A program made the translations under genes and the position numbers. A stretch of DNA of 62,809 nt, filler included. It is 6 parts of 6 records of this genome, joined end to end, with 100 filler letters (N's around TTAATTAATTAA, not from the genome) between each part and the next. Parts side by side here need not be neighbours in the genome. Positions count along the whole stretch, not along the records: positions 6,738 to 15,326 come from SRR31156797_12055; positions 15,427 to 30,614 come from SRR31156797_12057; 4 more parts are not named here. One strand, 5' to 3'. The notes under the pieces were generated by a model. The model made no database searches, was not told where the DNA came from, and saw only the letters and a list, made by a program, of their open reading frames with translations. This document shows, in pieces, positions 10,452 to 21,344 of the stretch; the stretch's first letter is position 1; each line of letters begins with the position of its first letter.

Positions 10452-11993
10452 TTACAATGGAATGTTGCCGTGTTTACGAATAGGGTTTTGTTCCACTTTA
10501 TTTTCAAGCAATGCAAAGGCATTAATTACCACTTCGCGTGTTTCGGCCGGATCGATTACTTCATCGATGTATCCTTTTTCATCAGCCACATATGGGTTCG
10601 CTACATTTTCTTTGTAATCAGCAATCAGCTTTCTTTTTAACTCTTCCGGATCTTCGGCACTTAACAGCTCTTTGCGGTTTAGAATTTTAACTGCTCCTTC
10701 AGGACCCATTACAGCCACTTCTGCAGTTGGCCAGGCAAAGTTAAAGTCGCCACCCATGTTTTTACTATTCATCACAATATAAGCCCCACCAAAGGCTTTA
10801 CGTAAAATAACTGTGATTTTAGGAACAGTAGCTTCGGCAAAAGCATACAGCAATTTAGCACCATGCATAATAATGGCATTTTGTTCCTGACTTTTACCCG
10901 GCATAAACCCGGGAACGTCTTCTAATACCAAAATTGGAATATTAAAAGAATCGCAGAAACGAACAAAACGTGCCGCTTTTTTAGATGCATTAATATCTAA
11001 ACAGCCTGCCATTACTTTAGGTTGGTTCGCTACCACGCCAATTACATGGTTATCCATACGTGCTAAACCAATGACTATGTTTTGGGCATGATTTTCGGCT
11101 ATTTCAAAAAAGGAGTTTTTATCAACTATTAGTTTGATCACGTCAACCACATCATATGGTTTGTTTGGATCATCTGGTAAAAGCAACGAAAGTTTTTCCG
11201 GTTTACCAGGTATAATATCTTCACTTTTTCTTACCGGAGGATGTTCTACATTGTTAGAAGGCAAATAGCTCAATAACTTTTTAACGCCCATTAGGGTATG
11301 CTCTTCATCGTTAAAAATCATATCGGCCACACCGCTTTCTGTAGCATGTACTTCGGCACCACCCAGTTCCTCAAAAGTAACATCTTCGTTAAGTACTTCC
11401 TTAACCACTTCCGGACCAGTGACGAACATGTATGATGTGTCTTTGGTCATAAAACGGAAATCGGTTAGGGCAGGAGAGTACACCGCACCACCAGCAGCAG
11501 GTCCCAGAATAACTGAGATTTGAGGAATTACACCGGAGCTTTTTACATTTTGCATAAAGATACCGGCATATCCGGCTAAACTGGCAACTCCTTCCTGAAT
11601 TCGTGCACCACCGGAATCAATTAATCCAATTATAGGATGCCCCATTTTAAGCGACATCTCCTGTACTTTTTGGATTTTGCGGGCATGAACCGAACCAAGC
11701 GATCCTCCCATAAAAGTAAAGTCCTGAGCAAATATAAATACTTTACGGCCGTTGATGGTACCATAACCAACAATTACTCCATCACCGTATTTTTTTTCAT
11801 CTTCCTTTCCTAAAGGTTTAACAAAGGCATCAATTTCGCGAAAGCTGCCTTCGTCCATTAAAAATTCAATACGTTCTCTCGCTGTCAGCTTACCCTTGGC
11901 ATGCTGTTTTGCGTAATAGTTGTCATCATACTGACTTACTAAGCTTTCGTTACGGGCATGAAACCTCTTAAACGGAATCCTATTGTCATTCAT
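10452..11993 (-). CDS. Acyl-CoA carboxylase carboxyltransferase subunit (PccB/MmdA family)
   Basis: GKLTARERI, DSGGARIQEG, GGAVYSPA, DVPGFMPG, RKHGNIPL. Confidence 0.93.
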   Translation of the reverse strand: MNDNRIPFKRFHARNESLVSQYDDNYYAKQHAKGKLTARERIEFLMDEGSFREIDAFVKPLGKEDEKKYGDGVIVGYGTINGRKVFIFAQDFTFMGGSLGSVHARKIQKVQEMSLKMGHPIIGLIDSGGARIQEGVASLAGYAGIFMQNVKSSGVIPQISVILGPAAGGAVYSPALTDFRFMTKDTSYMFVTGPEVVKEVLNEDVTFEELGGAEVHATESGVADMIFNDEEHTLMGVKKLLSYLPSNNVEHPPVRKSEDIIPGKPEKLSLLLPDDPNKPYDVVDVIKLIVDKNSFFEIAENHAQNIVIGLARMDNHVIGVVANQPKVMAGCLDINASKKAARFVRFCDSFNIPILVLEDVPGFMPGKSQEQNAIIMHGAKLLYAFAEATVPKITVILRKAFGGAYIVMNSKNMGGDFNFAWPTAEVAVMGPEGAVKILNRKELLSAEDPEELKRKLIADYKENVANPYVADEKGYIDEVIDPAETREVVINAFALLENKVEQNPIRKHGNIPL

Positions 11994-12387
11994 AGACTAA
12001 TTCTTAAATGATTTGTTTTATTGGGCAGGAGCATATTTCTCCAATACCTAATGTAATCAAGTAATTAATTATTAAAAAGTTAAATGTTTGTTTAGAATTA
12101 GGCAATGTTAAAGTAACACTGAAACGATGCGATTTGTTTATCGCTTATAAAAACCGGATGTAAAAGAAGTAAAAAAAACGGATAAATCAATGTTAAATAT
12201 GTTTTACAACACATTTTCGACTAAAAAGAGTAAGTGTTTTACTTAAATAATTAAGCTCATAGTGTAGTTATTTGTATTGGTTAAAACTGACTACATTTTT
12301 CTTATTAGCTCCTTCTTTATTCATTTTTGACATTGAAAATATTCTATCGTAACTTTTAATATAGGGGTGTTATAATAAAAAGTTTCG

Positions 12388-12906
12388 GTGATGAAAAGGA
12401 TAGGATGTTTGCATTGTTTTTTGATTCTGCTGTTTCTCGTTACATCATGCGATTTGTTTGAGGATGATGAAAAATGTAATAAAACGGATGCTCCAGAGAT
12501 TAATTTCGGACTACTTGTAGGAGGACAGGTGAAGATTATTGACTCTTCTTCAGGTGAAGATATTACCAGTGATTTCGACGATAAAGAAGTTCTTGTATTT
12601 TTTAACAAAGTCTATTGTAACGGAAAAACGAATGGCCCGTTTGAAGACTATTTTGTATTGGATAATCTTGGGGTAATGTGGCGAAATGCAGTTGGAACCT
12701 GGGAATTTAGAATGGATAATATAGAAGATTATATGCGTATTGTTTTTTTTATAGAGGGAGATGAAATAGGGAAGTACAATATCGATTACAACATGTTAAA
12801 AGCAGATGATAATGGAAAAGCTTATTTTGAATTCGATGTTTTATGCGAGTATTTTGAATCTACTAGTGGGAATTATTTAAATGGAACGACAATATCTTTG
12901 CGTTGA
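12388..12906 (+). CDS. Hypothetical lipoprotein
   Basis: Lipobox LVTSC after a hydrophobic leader. Confidence 0.65.
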   Translation: MMKRIGCLHCFLILLFLVTSCDLFEDDEKCNKTDAPEINFGLLVGGQVKIIDSSSGEDITSDFDDKEVLVFFNKVYCNGKTNGPFEDYFVLDNLGVMWRNAVGTWEFRMDNIEDYMRIVFFIEGDEIGKYNIDYNMLKADDNGKAYFEFDVLCEYFESTSGNYLNGTTISLR

Positions 12907-12920
12907 CAACATTATGAAAT

Positions 12921-12951
12921 AAAAAACCTGCAACGATAATTGCAGGTTTTT
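12921..12951. terminator. Bidirectional intrinsic terminator
   Basis: AAAAAACCTGCAA...TTGCAGGTTTTT between convergent genes. Confidence 0.8.
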
Positions 12952-12971
12952 GTTATTTGAAAACCTTTTAA

Positions 12972-15326
12972 TTAGGCTAATTTATCTTCAATAAAGGCTT
13001 TAGCTTTTGCAATAGCAGCATCAATACCTTCTACTTTTTTACCTCCGGCTGTAGCAAAAAATGGCTGACCTCCACCACCGCCTTGTATTTCTTTGGCGCA
13101 ATCACGAATTATTTCTACTGCGTTTAGTTTACCAGATTTAGAAAGTTCGTCAGAAATCATAACACTAAGTTGTGGTTTGCCATTTACATTAGCTCCTAAT
13201 ACCGCAACAAAATCATCCATCTCTTTTTTAATTTGGAAAGCTAAATCCTTCAATTTGTCTCCTAAAATTGGATTTACGTTAGCAGTAATAACATTTACTC
13301 CGTTAACATCAATAGCGCTGTCAATTAAATCTCTTTTTTCAATATTGATAAAGTTCTGCTTTAATGCATCAATTTCTTTACCTAGTTGAGAGTTGTCACT
13401 AATCAGCGATTCAATGTTTTTCTCCAGATTACCAGTTGACTTAAACATTCCCTGAAGACTAAGCAATAAATTGTGTTCTTTAATGATAAGTTCTTCTGCT
13501 TTTTCTCCTGAGATAGCTTCAATTCTTCTAACACCCGCAGAAATAGAAGCTTCACTTATGATTTTAAAGAAACCAAGTTCCCCGGTATGGTTAACATGTG
13601 TTCCTCCGCAAAGCTCAATAGAATCACCAAACTTAATAGCTCTCACTACATCGCCATACTTTTCTCCAAATAACATCATGGCACCCATATCATGGGCTTT
13701 TGCAACAGGTATATCACGCATTTCTTCCAATGCATAATTGGCGCGAATTCTTCGGTTTACAATTTTTTCCACTTCTTCAATCTCTTCACGAGTCATCTTT
13801 TGGAAGTGCGCAAAGTCAAAACGTAAATATTCAGGATGAACCAACGACCCTTTCTGTTCTACATGTGTTCCCAGAACTTCTCTTAATGCCTGATGCAATA
13901 AGTGGGTAGCTGTATGGTTGTTAGCAGTACTTTGGCGTTTATTTCCGTTTACGTAAGCTTTAAATTCTGACTTTAAATTAGCCGGTAACTTTTTGGTAAG
14001 ATGGATAATCAGGTTGTTTTCTTTTTTGGTATCAATGATTTCAACCTTTTCCATACCGTTATCAATATATCCGGTATCACCTACCTGACCACCGCTCTCT
14101 GCATAAAAAGGTGTAATATTAAATACCAATTGATAAAGCGTTTTGTTTTTAGCCGTTACTTTTCTGTATCTGGTAACAGTTACTTCGCTTTCCAGGTAAT
14201 CATATCCAATAAACTCTTCTTCGTCATCTTCCAACAAAGTAATCCAGTCATCAGTTTCAACCTGAGTTGCATTGCGGGCACGCTCTTTCTGCGCTTCCAT
14301 TTCTTTTTCAAATTCCTTGCGATTAATTACCAGGTCATTTTCTTTCAAAATTAACTCAGTTAAATCCAATGGAAACCCAAAAGTATCATATAATTCAAAG
14401 GCCACTTTACCATCAACAACCTTATAATTATCTTTTTTAGTTTGCTGAATAATTTTATCCAACATAGTAATACCTGTAGAGAGCGTTCTTAAGAAAGATT
14501 CTTCCTCTTCTTTAATTACTTTAGTTACTAACTCCTGCTGATTTTGCAACTCCGGATAAGCATCACCCATCGAAGCAATTAAGGCAGGAAGAAGTTTATA
14601 CATAAATGATTCGCGCTGATTCAGGAAAGTATATCCATAACGCACAGCACGTCTTAATATTCGACGAATTACATAACCGGCTTTGTTATTAGAAGGAAGC
14701 TGCCCATCAGTAATAGAAAAAGAAATGGTTCTAATATGATCGGCAATAACTCGCATAGCAATATCAGCATCCTCATTTTTGCCATATTCGGTATTGGTTA
14801 CTTTGGCAATTTCCTTGATGATAGGTACAAATACATCTGTATCGTAGTTGGATTGTTTTTGTTGTAACACCCTGCACAAACGCTCAAAGCCCATACCTGT
14901 ATCCACGTGCTTTTGTGGAAGCGGTTCTAGTTCTCCGCTTGCCTTGCGGTTATATTGTATAAAGACAAGGTTCCAGACTTCGATAACCTCAGGGTGATCC
15001 ATATTTACCAGTTGTTCTCCGGGTACTTTAGCTCTCTCATCATCTGATCTTAAGTCAACATGGATTTCAGAACAAGGTCCACATGGCCCCATATCACCCA
15101 TTTCCCAAAAGTTGTCTTTACGATTTCCGTTGATGATTTTATTTTCAGGTAAATGTTGCTTCCAAAAATTAAAAGCTTCCATATCCTTTTCAAGGTTCAT
15201 TTCGCTGTCACCTTCAAAAACAGAAGCGTATAATCGGCTTTTATCTACTTTTAATACTTCGGTAAGATACTCCCAGGCCCAATTGATTGCTTCTTCTTTA
15301 AAGTAATCACCAAACGACCAGTTTCC
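12972..15326 (-). CDS. alaS: Alanine--tRNA ligase, 5'-truncated by contig end
   Basis: [61 protein letters not shown]. Confidence 0.97.
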   Translation of the reverse strand, partial: GNWSFGDYFKEEAINWAWEYLTEVLKVDKSRLYASVFEGDSEMNLEKDMEAFNFWKQHLPENKIINGNRKDNFWEMGDMGPCGPCSEIHVDLRSDDERAKVPGEQLVNMDHPEVIEVWNLVFIQYNRKASGELEPLPQKHVDTGMGFERLCRVLQQKQSNYDTDVFVPIIKEIAKVTNTEYGKNEDADIAMRVIADHIRTISFSITDGQLPSNNKAGYVIRRILRRAVRYGYTFLNQRESFMYKLLPALIASMGDAYPELQNQQELVTKVIKEEEESFLRTLSTGITMLDKIIQQTKKDNYKVVDGKVAFELYDTFGFPLDLTELILKENDLVINRKEFEKEMEAQKERARNATQVETDDWITLLEDDEEEFIGYDYLESEVTVTRYRKVTAKNKTLYQLVFNITPFYAESGGQVGDTGYIDNGMEKVEIIDTKKENNLIIHLTKKLPANLKSEFKAYVNGNKRQSTANNHTATHLLHQALREVLGTHVEQKGSLVHPEYLRFDFAHFQKMTREEIEEVEKIVNRRIRANYALEEMRDIPVAKAHDMGAMMLFGEKYGDVVRAIKFGDSIELCGGTHVNHTGELGFFKIISEASISAGVRRIEAISGEKAEELIIKEHNLLLSLQGMFKSTGNLEKNIESLISDNSQLGKEIDALKQNFINIEKRDLIDSAIDVNGVNVITANVNPILGDKLKDLAFQIKKEMDDFVAVLGANVNGKPQLSVMISDELSKSGKLNAVEIIRDCAKEIQGGGGGQPFFATAGGKKVEGIDAAIAKAKAFIEDKLA

Positions 15327-15426
15327 NNNNNNNNNNNNNNNNNNNNNNNNNNNNNNNNNNNNNNNNNNNNTTAATTAATTAANNNNNNNNNNNNNNNNNN
15401 NNNNNNNNNNNNNNNNNNNNNNNNNN
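15327..15426. other. Artificial contig linker
   Basis: N44-TTAATTAATTAA-N44. Confidence 0.99.
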
Positions 15427-15456
15427 TCGAACACGCGGCACCAGGATTAGGAATCC
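15427..15456 (-). repeat. Left att copy: duplicated tRNA-Arg 3'-half fragment ending at the anticodon arm
   Basis: Reverse complement GGATTCCTAATCCTGGTGCCGCGTGTTCGA = anticodon loop TTCCTAA, variable loop and T arm; sequence beyond 15456 no longer fits the tRNA stem. Confidence 0.85.
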
Positions 15457-15571
15457 GTATAGTATCTTTTTGAACAAATACTACCTATAGCTATAATGGT
15501 ATAAAATCATATACTTTTATTTTTTTAGATACCTTGACGCACCACCTGTTTCCACCTATTGAGATAAATAT

Positions 15572-15606
15572 TGTGGGGAATACTGTGGGGACCAGTGTGG
15601 GGACCA
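15572..15606 (+). repeat. Three TGTGGGGA direct repeats with 12-bp period (putative integrase arm sites)
   Basis: Copies at 15572, 15584 and 15596; same motif recurs at the other end. Confidence 0.8.
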
Positions 15607-15621
15607 AAACAAAATATACCT

Positions 15622-16749
15622 ATGGCAAAATACAAACGACATAAAACAAAATACCCCGGTGTATTCTTCATTGAGGGGCGGCATCCTGCCACCGGCAAAA
15701 CGGAAAAAACATATTATATCCGGTACCGCCTTGCGGGAAAACTCGTCGAGGAAAAAGCCGGGCACCAATTTCGCAATGATATGACCCCTGCTAAAGCATC
15801 CAAACTCAGAGGCCTTAGAATGGATGGTGAGCAATCAAACAACAGAGACCGTAGGAAAGAAAGCAGAAGCTCAAAAAAAATCACCATGGGAAATTTATGG
15901 GTAAAATTCCATGAAGGGAAAAAAAACAATAAAAGCATCAAAGACGATTATTATCGTTGGAAAGCCCATCTAGAACAAAACTTCAGTCCAGTTCTCCCGT
16001 CAGCCCTGACCACAACAGATATCGATCGCCTCAAACAGGTCTTAGAACGGAAAAAACTCGCTCCGGCAACAGTACGACAGGTGCTGATGCTCCTCCAGCG
16101 TATGTTAAACTTTGGAGCCAAACGCGGCCTTTGTAAACCCATTGATCCGGCACAACTTCAATTCGAAATGCCAAAAGTAAATAACATCAAAACAGAGGAC
16201 CTGTCTCTCGATCAACTAAAATCTCTTTTGAAGGCCATCAAGGAAGACTCCAACATTCACGCGGCCAACATTATGCAAATGGCATTATGTACCGGCATGC
16301 GAAGAAGTGAATTATTTGCACTAAAATGGGAACATATAGATTTTGAAAGAAAATTCATCAACATCGTCGACCCTAAAGGTGGAATCGATCAAAAAATCCC
16401 GCTCAATTCCGCAGCTCATGATATTCTTATTAACCATCCCCGTGGAGAAAGTCCTTATGTCTTTCCCGGCAGGAACGGCCAACGACGCAAGGATATTCGC
16501 CACCAAGTTGCACGGATCAAAAAAAGGGCTGGACTGCCGAAAAATTTCCGACCTCTGCACGGCTTAAGGCATGTGTATGCTTCAACCTTAGCGAGCTCCG
16601 GCAAAGTAGACATGTACACTTTATCAAAACTCCTAACCCACAAAAGCCCCGAGATGACTCAGCGTTATGCACATTTACGCGATGAGGCTCTAACACAGGC
16701 ATCAAACATAGCGAGTGACTTCATGAGTAGAATAGACACCGACGCTTAA
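15622..16749 (+). CDS. int: Tyrosine recombinase / integrase
   Basis: Catalytic R (TGMRRSE), HGLRH, H (LTHKS), Y (TQRYAH); N-terminal arm-binding-type domain; start MAKYKRH at 15622. Confidence 0.95.
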   Translation: MAKYKRHKTKYPGVFFIEGRHPATGKTEKTYYIRYRLAGKLVEEKAGHQFRNDMTPAKASKLRGLRMDGEQSNNRDRRKESRSSKKITMGNLWVKFHEGKKNNKSIKDDYYRWKAHLEQNFSPVLPSALTTTDIDRLKQVLERKKLAPATVRQVLMLLQRMLNFGAKRGLCKPIDPAQLQFEMPKVNNIKTEDLSLDQLKSLLKAIKEDSNIHAANIMQMALCTGMRRSELFALKWEHIDFERKFINIVDPKGGIDQKIPLNSAAHDILINHPRGESPYVFPGRNGQRRKDIRHQVARIKKRAGLPKNFRPLHGLRHVYASTLASSGKVDMYTLSKLLTHKSPEMTQRYAHLRDEALTQASNIASDFMSRIDTDA

Positions 16750-16854
16750 CGACTGAAACGTCATAAACGTCAAATCCGTCAATTTTGACGGTTATTCCTC
16801 ATACGACCACTTATAACCACAGCTATGTCTAGGCTTTGGTTTAAAGGAGTTACT

Positions 16855-17715
16855 ATGTCTAATGCTATCGATATCACGGGTCTTACAGCTAAAGATCTTA
16901 ACTTACTTTACCCAGCTCTTGGTGGGTACGAAGTCATTTGCTACCTCATTCGGGAAAGAACTTTGGCTCCGTTTGAAATAATCAAAACAAATGAATCCGG
17001 GAAACACACGGTCAAACCGTTTTCCTACTGGAACTATGGGATATGCCGCAGCCTTATTTTGGGTAAGCCTGTAGGGGACATCCTCTTCAAAATGTGGGAC
17101 GAGCATGACTGTGACGAATACTCCTTTTATGCTCCAGAAAAAATCCTGTTTGAAGAAAGCGCTGTCGCCAAAGTCTTGAAAACTTATCCTGCAATCATCA
17201 ATTCTGACAAAGTGCTTTTTAGCATCGACCCTGAATCTGGTGAAATCATTCACCACCATGATGAAGATTCTAATTCCCAACCTAATCACGAACGCAGTTG
17301 CGATAAAGATCAAGCTTGGCTTTTACTTCGTATGGAACAACTACTAAGCACACTTCAAGAAGCTCACAAAGAAATTGCCAGCCTCAAACAAAAGCTCTCT
17401 CTATCCGAAAAAGAAAACGGAACCTCGCCCAAGGCCAGTGAAGCGAGGAAAGCGTTGACAAAAAACACCGCTGAAACCTGGGCCAATCGCCTTGCAGTTG
17501 CAGTAACGTTGACGATAATTCTTATTAAGAAATGGGACACTAAAACCGACCGCGAACCTTGGGCAAAGGACGGTTTCACAAATGAGGAGCTCAAAAAATA
17601 CTCTGATGAATTAGGAGGACTGTCTCAAAGGGGACTTCGGTCTTTTAAAAAGGCTTTCAGGAAAAGTTGTCCTGAAGTTCTTCTCAAAAAAGGAGGAGGA
17701 GCTAGGCGCTCGTAA
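16855..17715 (+). CDS. Hypothetical element protein with a central coiled coil
   Basis: SD AAAGGAG before ATG 16855; lies between int and alpA. Confidence 0.7.
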   Translation: MSNAIDITGLTAKDLNLLYPALGGYEVICYLIRERTLAPFEIIKTNESGKHTVKPFSYWNYGICRSLILGKPVGDILFKMWDEHDCDEYSFYAPEKILFEESAVAKVLKTYPAIINSDKVLFSIDPESGEIIHHHDEDSNSQPNHERSCDKDQAWLLLRMEQLLSTLQEAHKEIASLKQKLSLSEKENGTSPKASEARKALTKNTAETWANRLAVAVTLTIILIKKWDTKTDREPWAKDGFTNEELKKYSDELGGLSQRGLRSFKKAFRKSCPEVLLKKGGGARRS

Positions 17716-17839
17716 ATTCCATCACCATTTTCAATAAAATCAATCTGTGCAATGAGTATGCACCGTTTTTTTTATCGTTTAGCCTCCGACAGCAAAACGG
17801 CCTTGTCATCCTGTAAAAACCGTTCTCTCCCAAAGACTC

Positions 17840-17880
17840 AAACCTCGTCGAACTGTGCTCAGTTCGACGAGGTTTTTTTT
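17840..17880 (+). terminator. Strong intrinsic terminator
   Basis: Perfect 16-bp stem AAACCTCGTCGAACTG-TGCT-CAGTTCGACGAGGTTT followed by a T tract. Confidence 0.85.
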
Positions 17881-17982
17881 GCAGCCCTTACAGCATGAAC
17901 AGATTACCGCGCTTCCCTCGACAACCTCTATGGGGTTCCATTCTGCCAACAAGAAAACGAAACCTTACCATGGAGTTCTATT

Positions 17983-18183
17983 ATGACTCATGAACAGTAC
18001 ATCAACGAAAAAGAAACATCTACCCTGACCGGCCTTTCCGTTGGAACTCTGCGCAAACACCGCCAAGAGATGCGCGGCATCCGGTATGCAAAAATCGGCA
18101 AATCTGTCCGCTATGCATACAGCGACGTGATCGCTTACATGGAATCCAAAATGATCAATCCTCTCAATTCGGTGAAGGGGTAG
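17983..18183 (+). CDS. AlpA/HTH_17-type excisionase-regulator
   Basis: YINEKETSTLTGLSVGTLRKHR..GIRYAKIGKSVRY; SD GGAG. Confidence 0.88.
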   Translation: MTHEQYINEKETSTLTGLSVGTLRKHRQEMRGIRYAKIGKSVRYAYSDVIAYMESKMINPLNSVKG

Positions 18184-18187
18184 AAAG

Positions 18188-20665
18188 ATGAATACGCTGA
18201 TAGACACATCAAAGATCATTGAATCCTTCCGTCAAGCTCTTGAACAGGCCGAAATCGTCACAGACGAGATTATCGCTGACGACGAAATCCACCGCTGTGG
18301 GACGACCGGCAAAGAGAAAAAAAAAGACGGCGCCTATCTCTTCCATAACAACCCTCCATACTCTGGCTGGTACAGAAATTTCCGAAATGACATTGAGGAC
18401 ACTTGGACGTACGAAGGCAACGTTTCTCTCGCCCCCGACCAGCTCAAAGCGATGCGAATCAAGATCGAACAGGAAAAAGAGGAACGTTTTAAGGAACGCC
18501 TGAAGCAGCAGACTGCTGCTGCCAAGCGTGCAGAAAAGCAAATAGCATATCTCCCAGCAGCAACGCCGAAAAACCCCTATCTTACCCAGAAAGGAGTTAA
18601 ACCGGCAGGAAATCTTCGCGAAGAAGGAGATATGCTTGTCGTACCCATGATCAATGAACAGGGAGAAATCCAATCCCTTCAACACATTTGGCCAAACGGT
18701 GACAAACGTTTTCTCAAAGGAGGCAAAACGAATGGAGGTTACTTCCCTATCAAGGGGGATAAAGGCCCTCTCTACATAGTAGAAGGCATCGCAACGGGCT
18801 TAACGGTCTACGAAGCCACTGGCGAAACAGTCCTGTGCGCCTTCAATGCAGGAAATCTGACCAATGTCGCGCGAATTGCACGCAATCTCTATCCTGATAG
18901 GAAAATCGTGATCGCAGCTGACAATGACCACCAGACGAAAAACAACCCTGGATTAACCAAAGGACGTGAGGCTGCAAGTGAAATTGGCGCCAAGCTCTCC
19001 AGCCCCCATTTCGCAGACAACTCCCTCGGAAGCGACTTCAATGACATCCACGCAACCGGTGGGATCGAGGAGGTCCGCAGACAACTCAATACTATAGAGA
19101 TAGCAATGGACGAAGTTCCCAAAAATTCAGGCATCCCCGTGAATCTCAAATCCTTGAGTCCGCCTGAAGATTTCCCGTTTGGCATATTCCCTAAGGACAT
19201 TGAAAAAGCCTTGACCGCAGCAGCTAAAGCTTTTGGCGTCCCTTTGGCTGTCCCTGGTCTCACCTTCCTGGTTGCAACGGCAGCCGCAATAGGGAGGACT
19301 CGTGCGCTTCAGGTAAAACCAGGCTGGAAAGTCACACCGAATATTTACGCTGCTCTCGTGGCTGACTCCGGGATGGGGAAGACGCCTTGTACTTCCCGAA
19401 TATTCAAAGCCTTGCAACAACAAGATTACAAATACTACCAAGAATTCCAAAAAAAATACGCTGAATACGAGGATTTATTGCAAGCCTGGAAAGATTCCAA
19501 AAAAAAATCGAGCAGCTCCTCTCAAGAAAAGCCTTCGATACCCACTCAGACCGAACTCTTGGTTGACGATGCCACCATGGAAAAAATCGGGCACATTCTA
19601 GCGGCAAATCCTCGTGGAATTCTCTGGCACAGGGATGAATTGTCAGGGCTCATCAATGATCTGGGAAAATACTCTAAAAATGGTAAAGGGGATGGCGACA
19701 AAGCCCGCCTCCTTTCCGCATACTCCGGAGAGCCATGGAAAGCCTCCAGAGTCACGAAGGATGGAGTATATGTCCCAGCTGCTTGCATCACCCTTTTCGG
19801 TACCATCCAGCCACAGATCCTTTTGAACTGTTTTAATAAGGACGACCAGTACTCTGGCCTATTACAGCGCTTCATTTTTATTCACGCTGAAAAAAACACC
19901 CCTTCGTTGTGGATTGACGATGTCTTCGACGAAGAAGCCGCTGCTCCAGTGGACCACGCTTTGGAATTTCTCATGGGCCTCAAACTCAACCAAGAAGAAA
20001 ACCCCTATTTGATCAGGCTATCTGAAGAAGGACGGGCAATTGCCATCGACAAATTCAACAAAATGGCGTGTGAAGTTGAAAACAATCCTGAACTTGAACA
20101 ATACAAATCCCTTGCTCCGAAACAACGAGAACAATTGTTCAAGATTTGCCTCAACCTCCACATGTTAAACTGCTGGGAAAAGGGCACCCCGGATTCGACT
20201 CCCGTTTCCGAAGACACCGTTCGCAAAGCGGTGACGTTGATAGATTGGATTGTAAAACACCAGAGATCAACTTGGGACATGTTCAACGGAAAAACCAAAC
20301 AGATATCTGGCAAGTCCTTAGCAAAACGTATTGGTAAAGCCATTATCAAACTGGAACAGAAAATCAACAAAGGAGTACTTCTGACTGGGGATATCGCAGC
20401 CGACCTGAACTCCGACCTCCCACCCGAATATCATGTATCATCTCGTTCCGTGGGAAAAACATATAGTCAACTGGGCTTGAGCACTGGACGGGGAAAATCA
20501 GGTGAGCGTGGCGTGAATATTTCTCCTGAAACCCTCAAGTTTTTGAAACAAACCTTCGAGAAGGAAAAAGTAAAAAACAGCGTTCCTACGTCCAATCCGC
20601 AAAAAAAACAGATCGGAGAATCCCCGCACCAGATCTGGGACGGCAAAAACGAGGTAGAGATATGA
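18188..20665 (+). CDS. TOPRIM primase fused to DUF3987 (helicase-like NTPase)
   Basis: SLQHI..GDKRF, IVEGIATG, AADND, SDFND (TOPRIM); Walker A ADSGMGKT, WHRDE, FGTIQP, GLLQRF. Confidence 0.9.
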   Translation: MNTLIDTSKIIESFRQALEQAEIVTDEIIADDEIHRCGTTGKEKKKDGAYLFHNNPPYSGWYRNFRNDIEDTWTYEGNVSLAPDQLKAMRIKIEQEKEERFKERLKQQTAAAKRAEKQIAYLPAATPKNPYLTQKGVKPAGNLREEGDMLVVPMINEQGEIQSLQHIWPNGDKRFLKGGKTNGGYFPIKGDKGPLYIVEGIATGLTVYEATGETVLCAFNAGNLTNVARIARNLYPDRKIVIAADNDHQTKNNPGLTKGREAASEIGAKLSSPHFADNSLGSDFNDIHATGGIEEVRRQLNTIEIAMDEVPKNSGIPVNLKSLSPPEDFPFGIFPKDIEKALTAAAKAFGVPLAVPGLTFLVATAAAIGRTRALQVKPGWKVTPNIYAALVADSGMGKTPCTSRIFKALQQQDYKYYQEFQKKYAEYEDLLQAWKDSKKKSSSSSQEKPSIPTQTELLVDDATMEKIGHILAANPRGILWHRDELSGLINDLGKYSKNGKGDGDKARLLSAYSGEPWKASRVTKDGVYVPAACITLFGTIQPQILLNCFNKDDQYSGLLQRFIFIHAEKNTPSLWIDDVFDEEAAAPVDHALEFLMGLKLNQEENPYLIRLSEEGRAIAIDKFNKMACEVENNPELEQYKSLAPKQREQLFKICLNLHMLNCWEKGTPDSTPVSEDTVRKAVTLIDWIVKHQRSTWDMFNGKTKQISGKSLAKRIGKAIIKLEQKINKGVLLTGDIAADLNSDLPPEYHVSSRSVGKTYSQLGLSTGRGKSGERGVNISPETLKFLKQTFEKEKVKNSVPTSNPQKKQIGESPHQIWDGKNEVEI

Positions 20666-21072
20666 GCGCCCTCGATGCCCTGGCTTCGCTCGGCCTGACG
20701 ATTAACGCCTGCAACGGCAAAATCAAAATGACTGGCCTGGAGTTCCTCTCTGAAGGTCAAGCGCAATATGCAGTGCGCCTAGCGCACGCCAACAAGGCTA
20801 AGATCTTGTACGAACTGAGTGAATCCCAAAACGCTCTGGCAAAGCTTCTCGCCCATTTGCGCCAAGCGCCCGGTATTAATCTTCACTTCTATGCCGTGGA
20901 ACCTGTTCCGGCCTTCACCCTCGAATTCGACGATGACGTCAGCTACGAAGATCGCTCGGAGGCTCAAACGCTGTTCCACCCTGCCGTGGACGCAATTCAC
21001 TTCAACGCCAAAGCTGTCGCAAACCTCACCACGAAGATGCGACGGACCTCGGCATTCGAGTGGCCCGAATAA
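20662..21072 (+). CDS. Hypothetical protein translationally coupled to the primase (TubC-N-like N-terminus)
   Basis: ATGA overlap, SD GAGG; LASLGLTI..NGKIK..NKAKILYEL. Confidence 0.6.
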   Translation: MSALDALASLGLTINACNGKIKMTGLEFLSEGQAQYAVRLAHANKAKILYELSESQNALAKLLAHLRQAPGINLHFYAVEPVPAFTLEFDDDVSYEDRSEAQTLFHPAVDAIHFNAKAVANLTTKMRRTSAFEWPE

Positions 21073-21344
21073 AATCACTGCACAACCTTCTACACTCATA
21101 GCAAACGGCCACCCCCCTCCCCTACCCCCTACTATTGAGAAAGGGGGTGGCCCCCTATCGAAATCGATTCAGAGATAAAAAAAATAAAAATATTGCAAAA
21201 ATTTAACCGTTTTCAAAATTCACACTAGAGCTTTCAGATGTCTATTTACAACCAATTCTCTCCAGATTTAAAATGACAACCACCTAATATTGAACGGAAT
21301 TCCCACCGATGATACGATATCGCAAGAAACCCAAGGAGTAGAGA

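Noticed and set aside
15571-15621. N-terminal MWGILWGPVWGP extension of the integrase
   Set aside because: It is just the translation of the TGTGGGGA DNA repeats; the plausible start is ATG 15622
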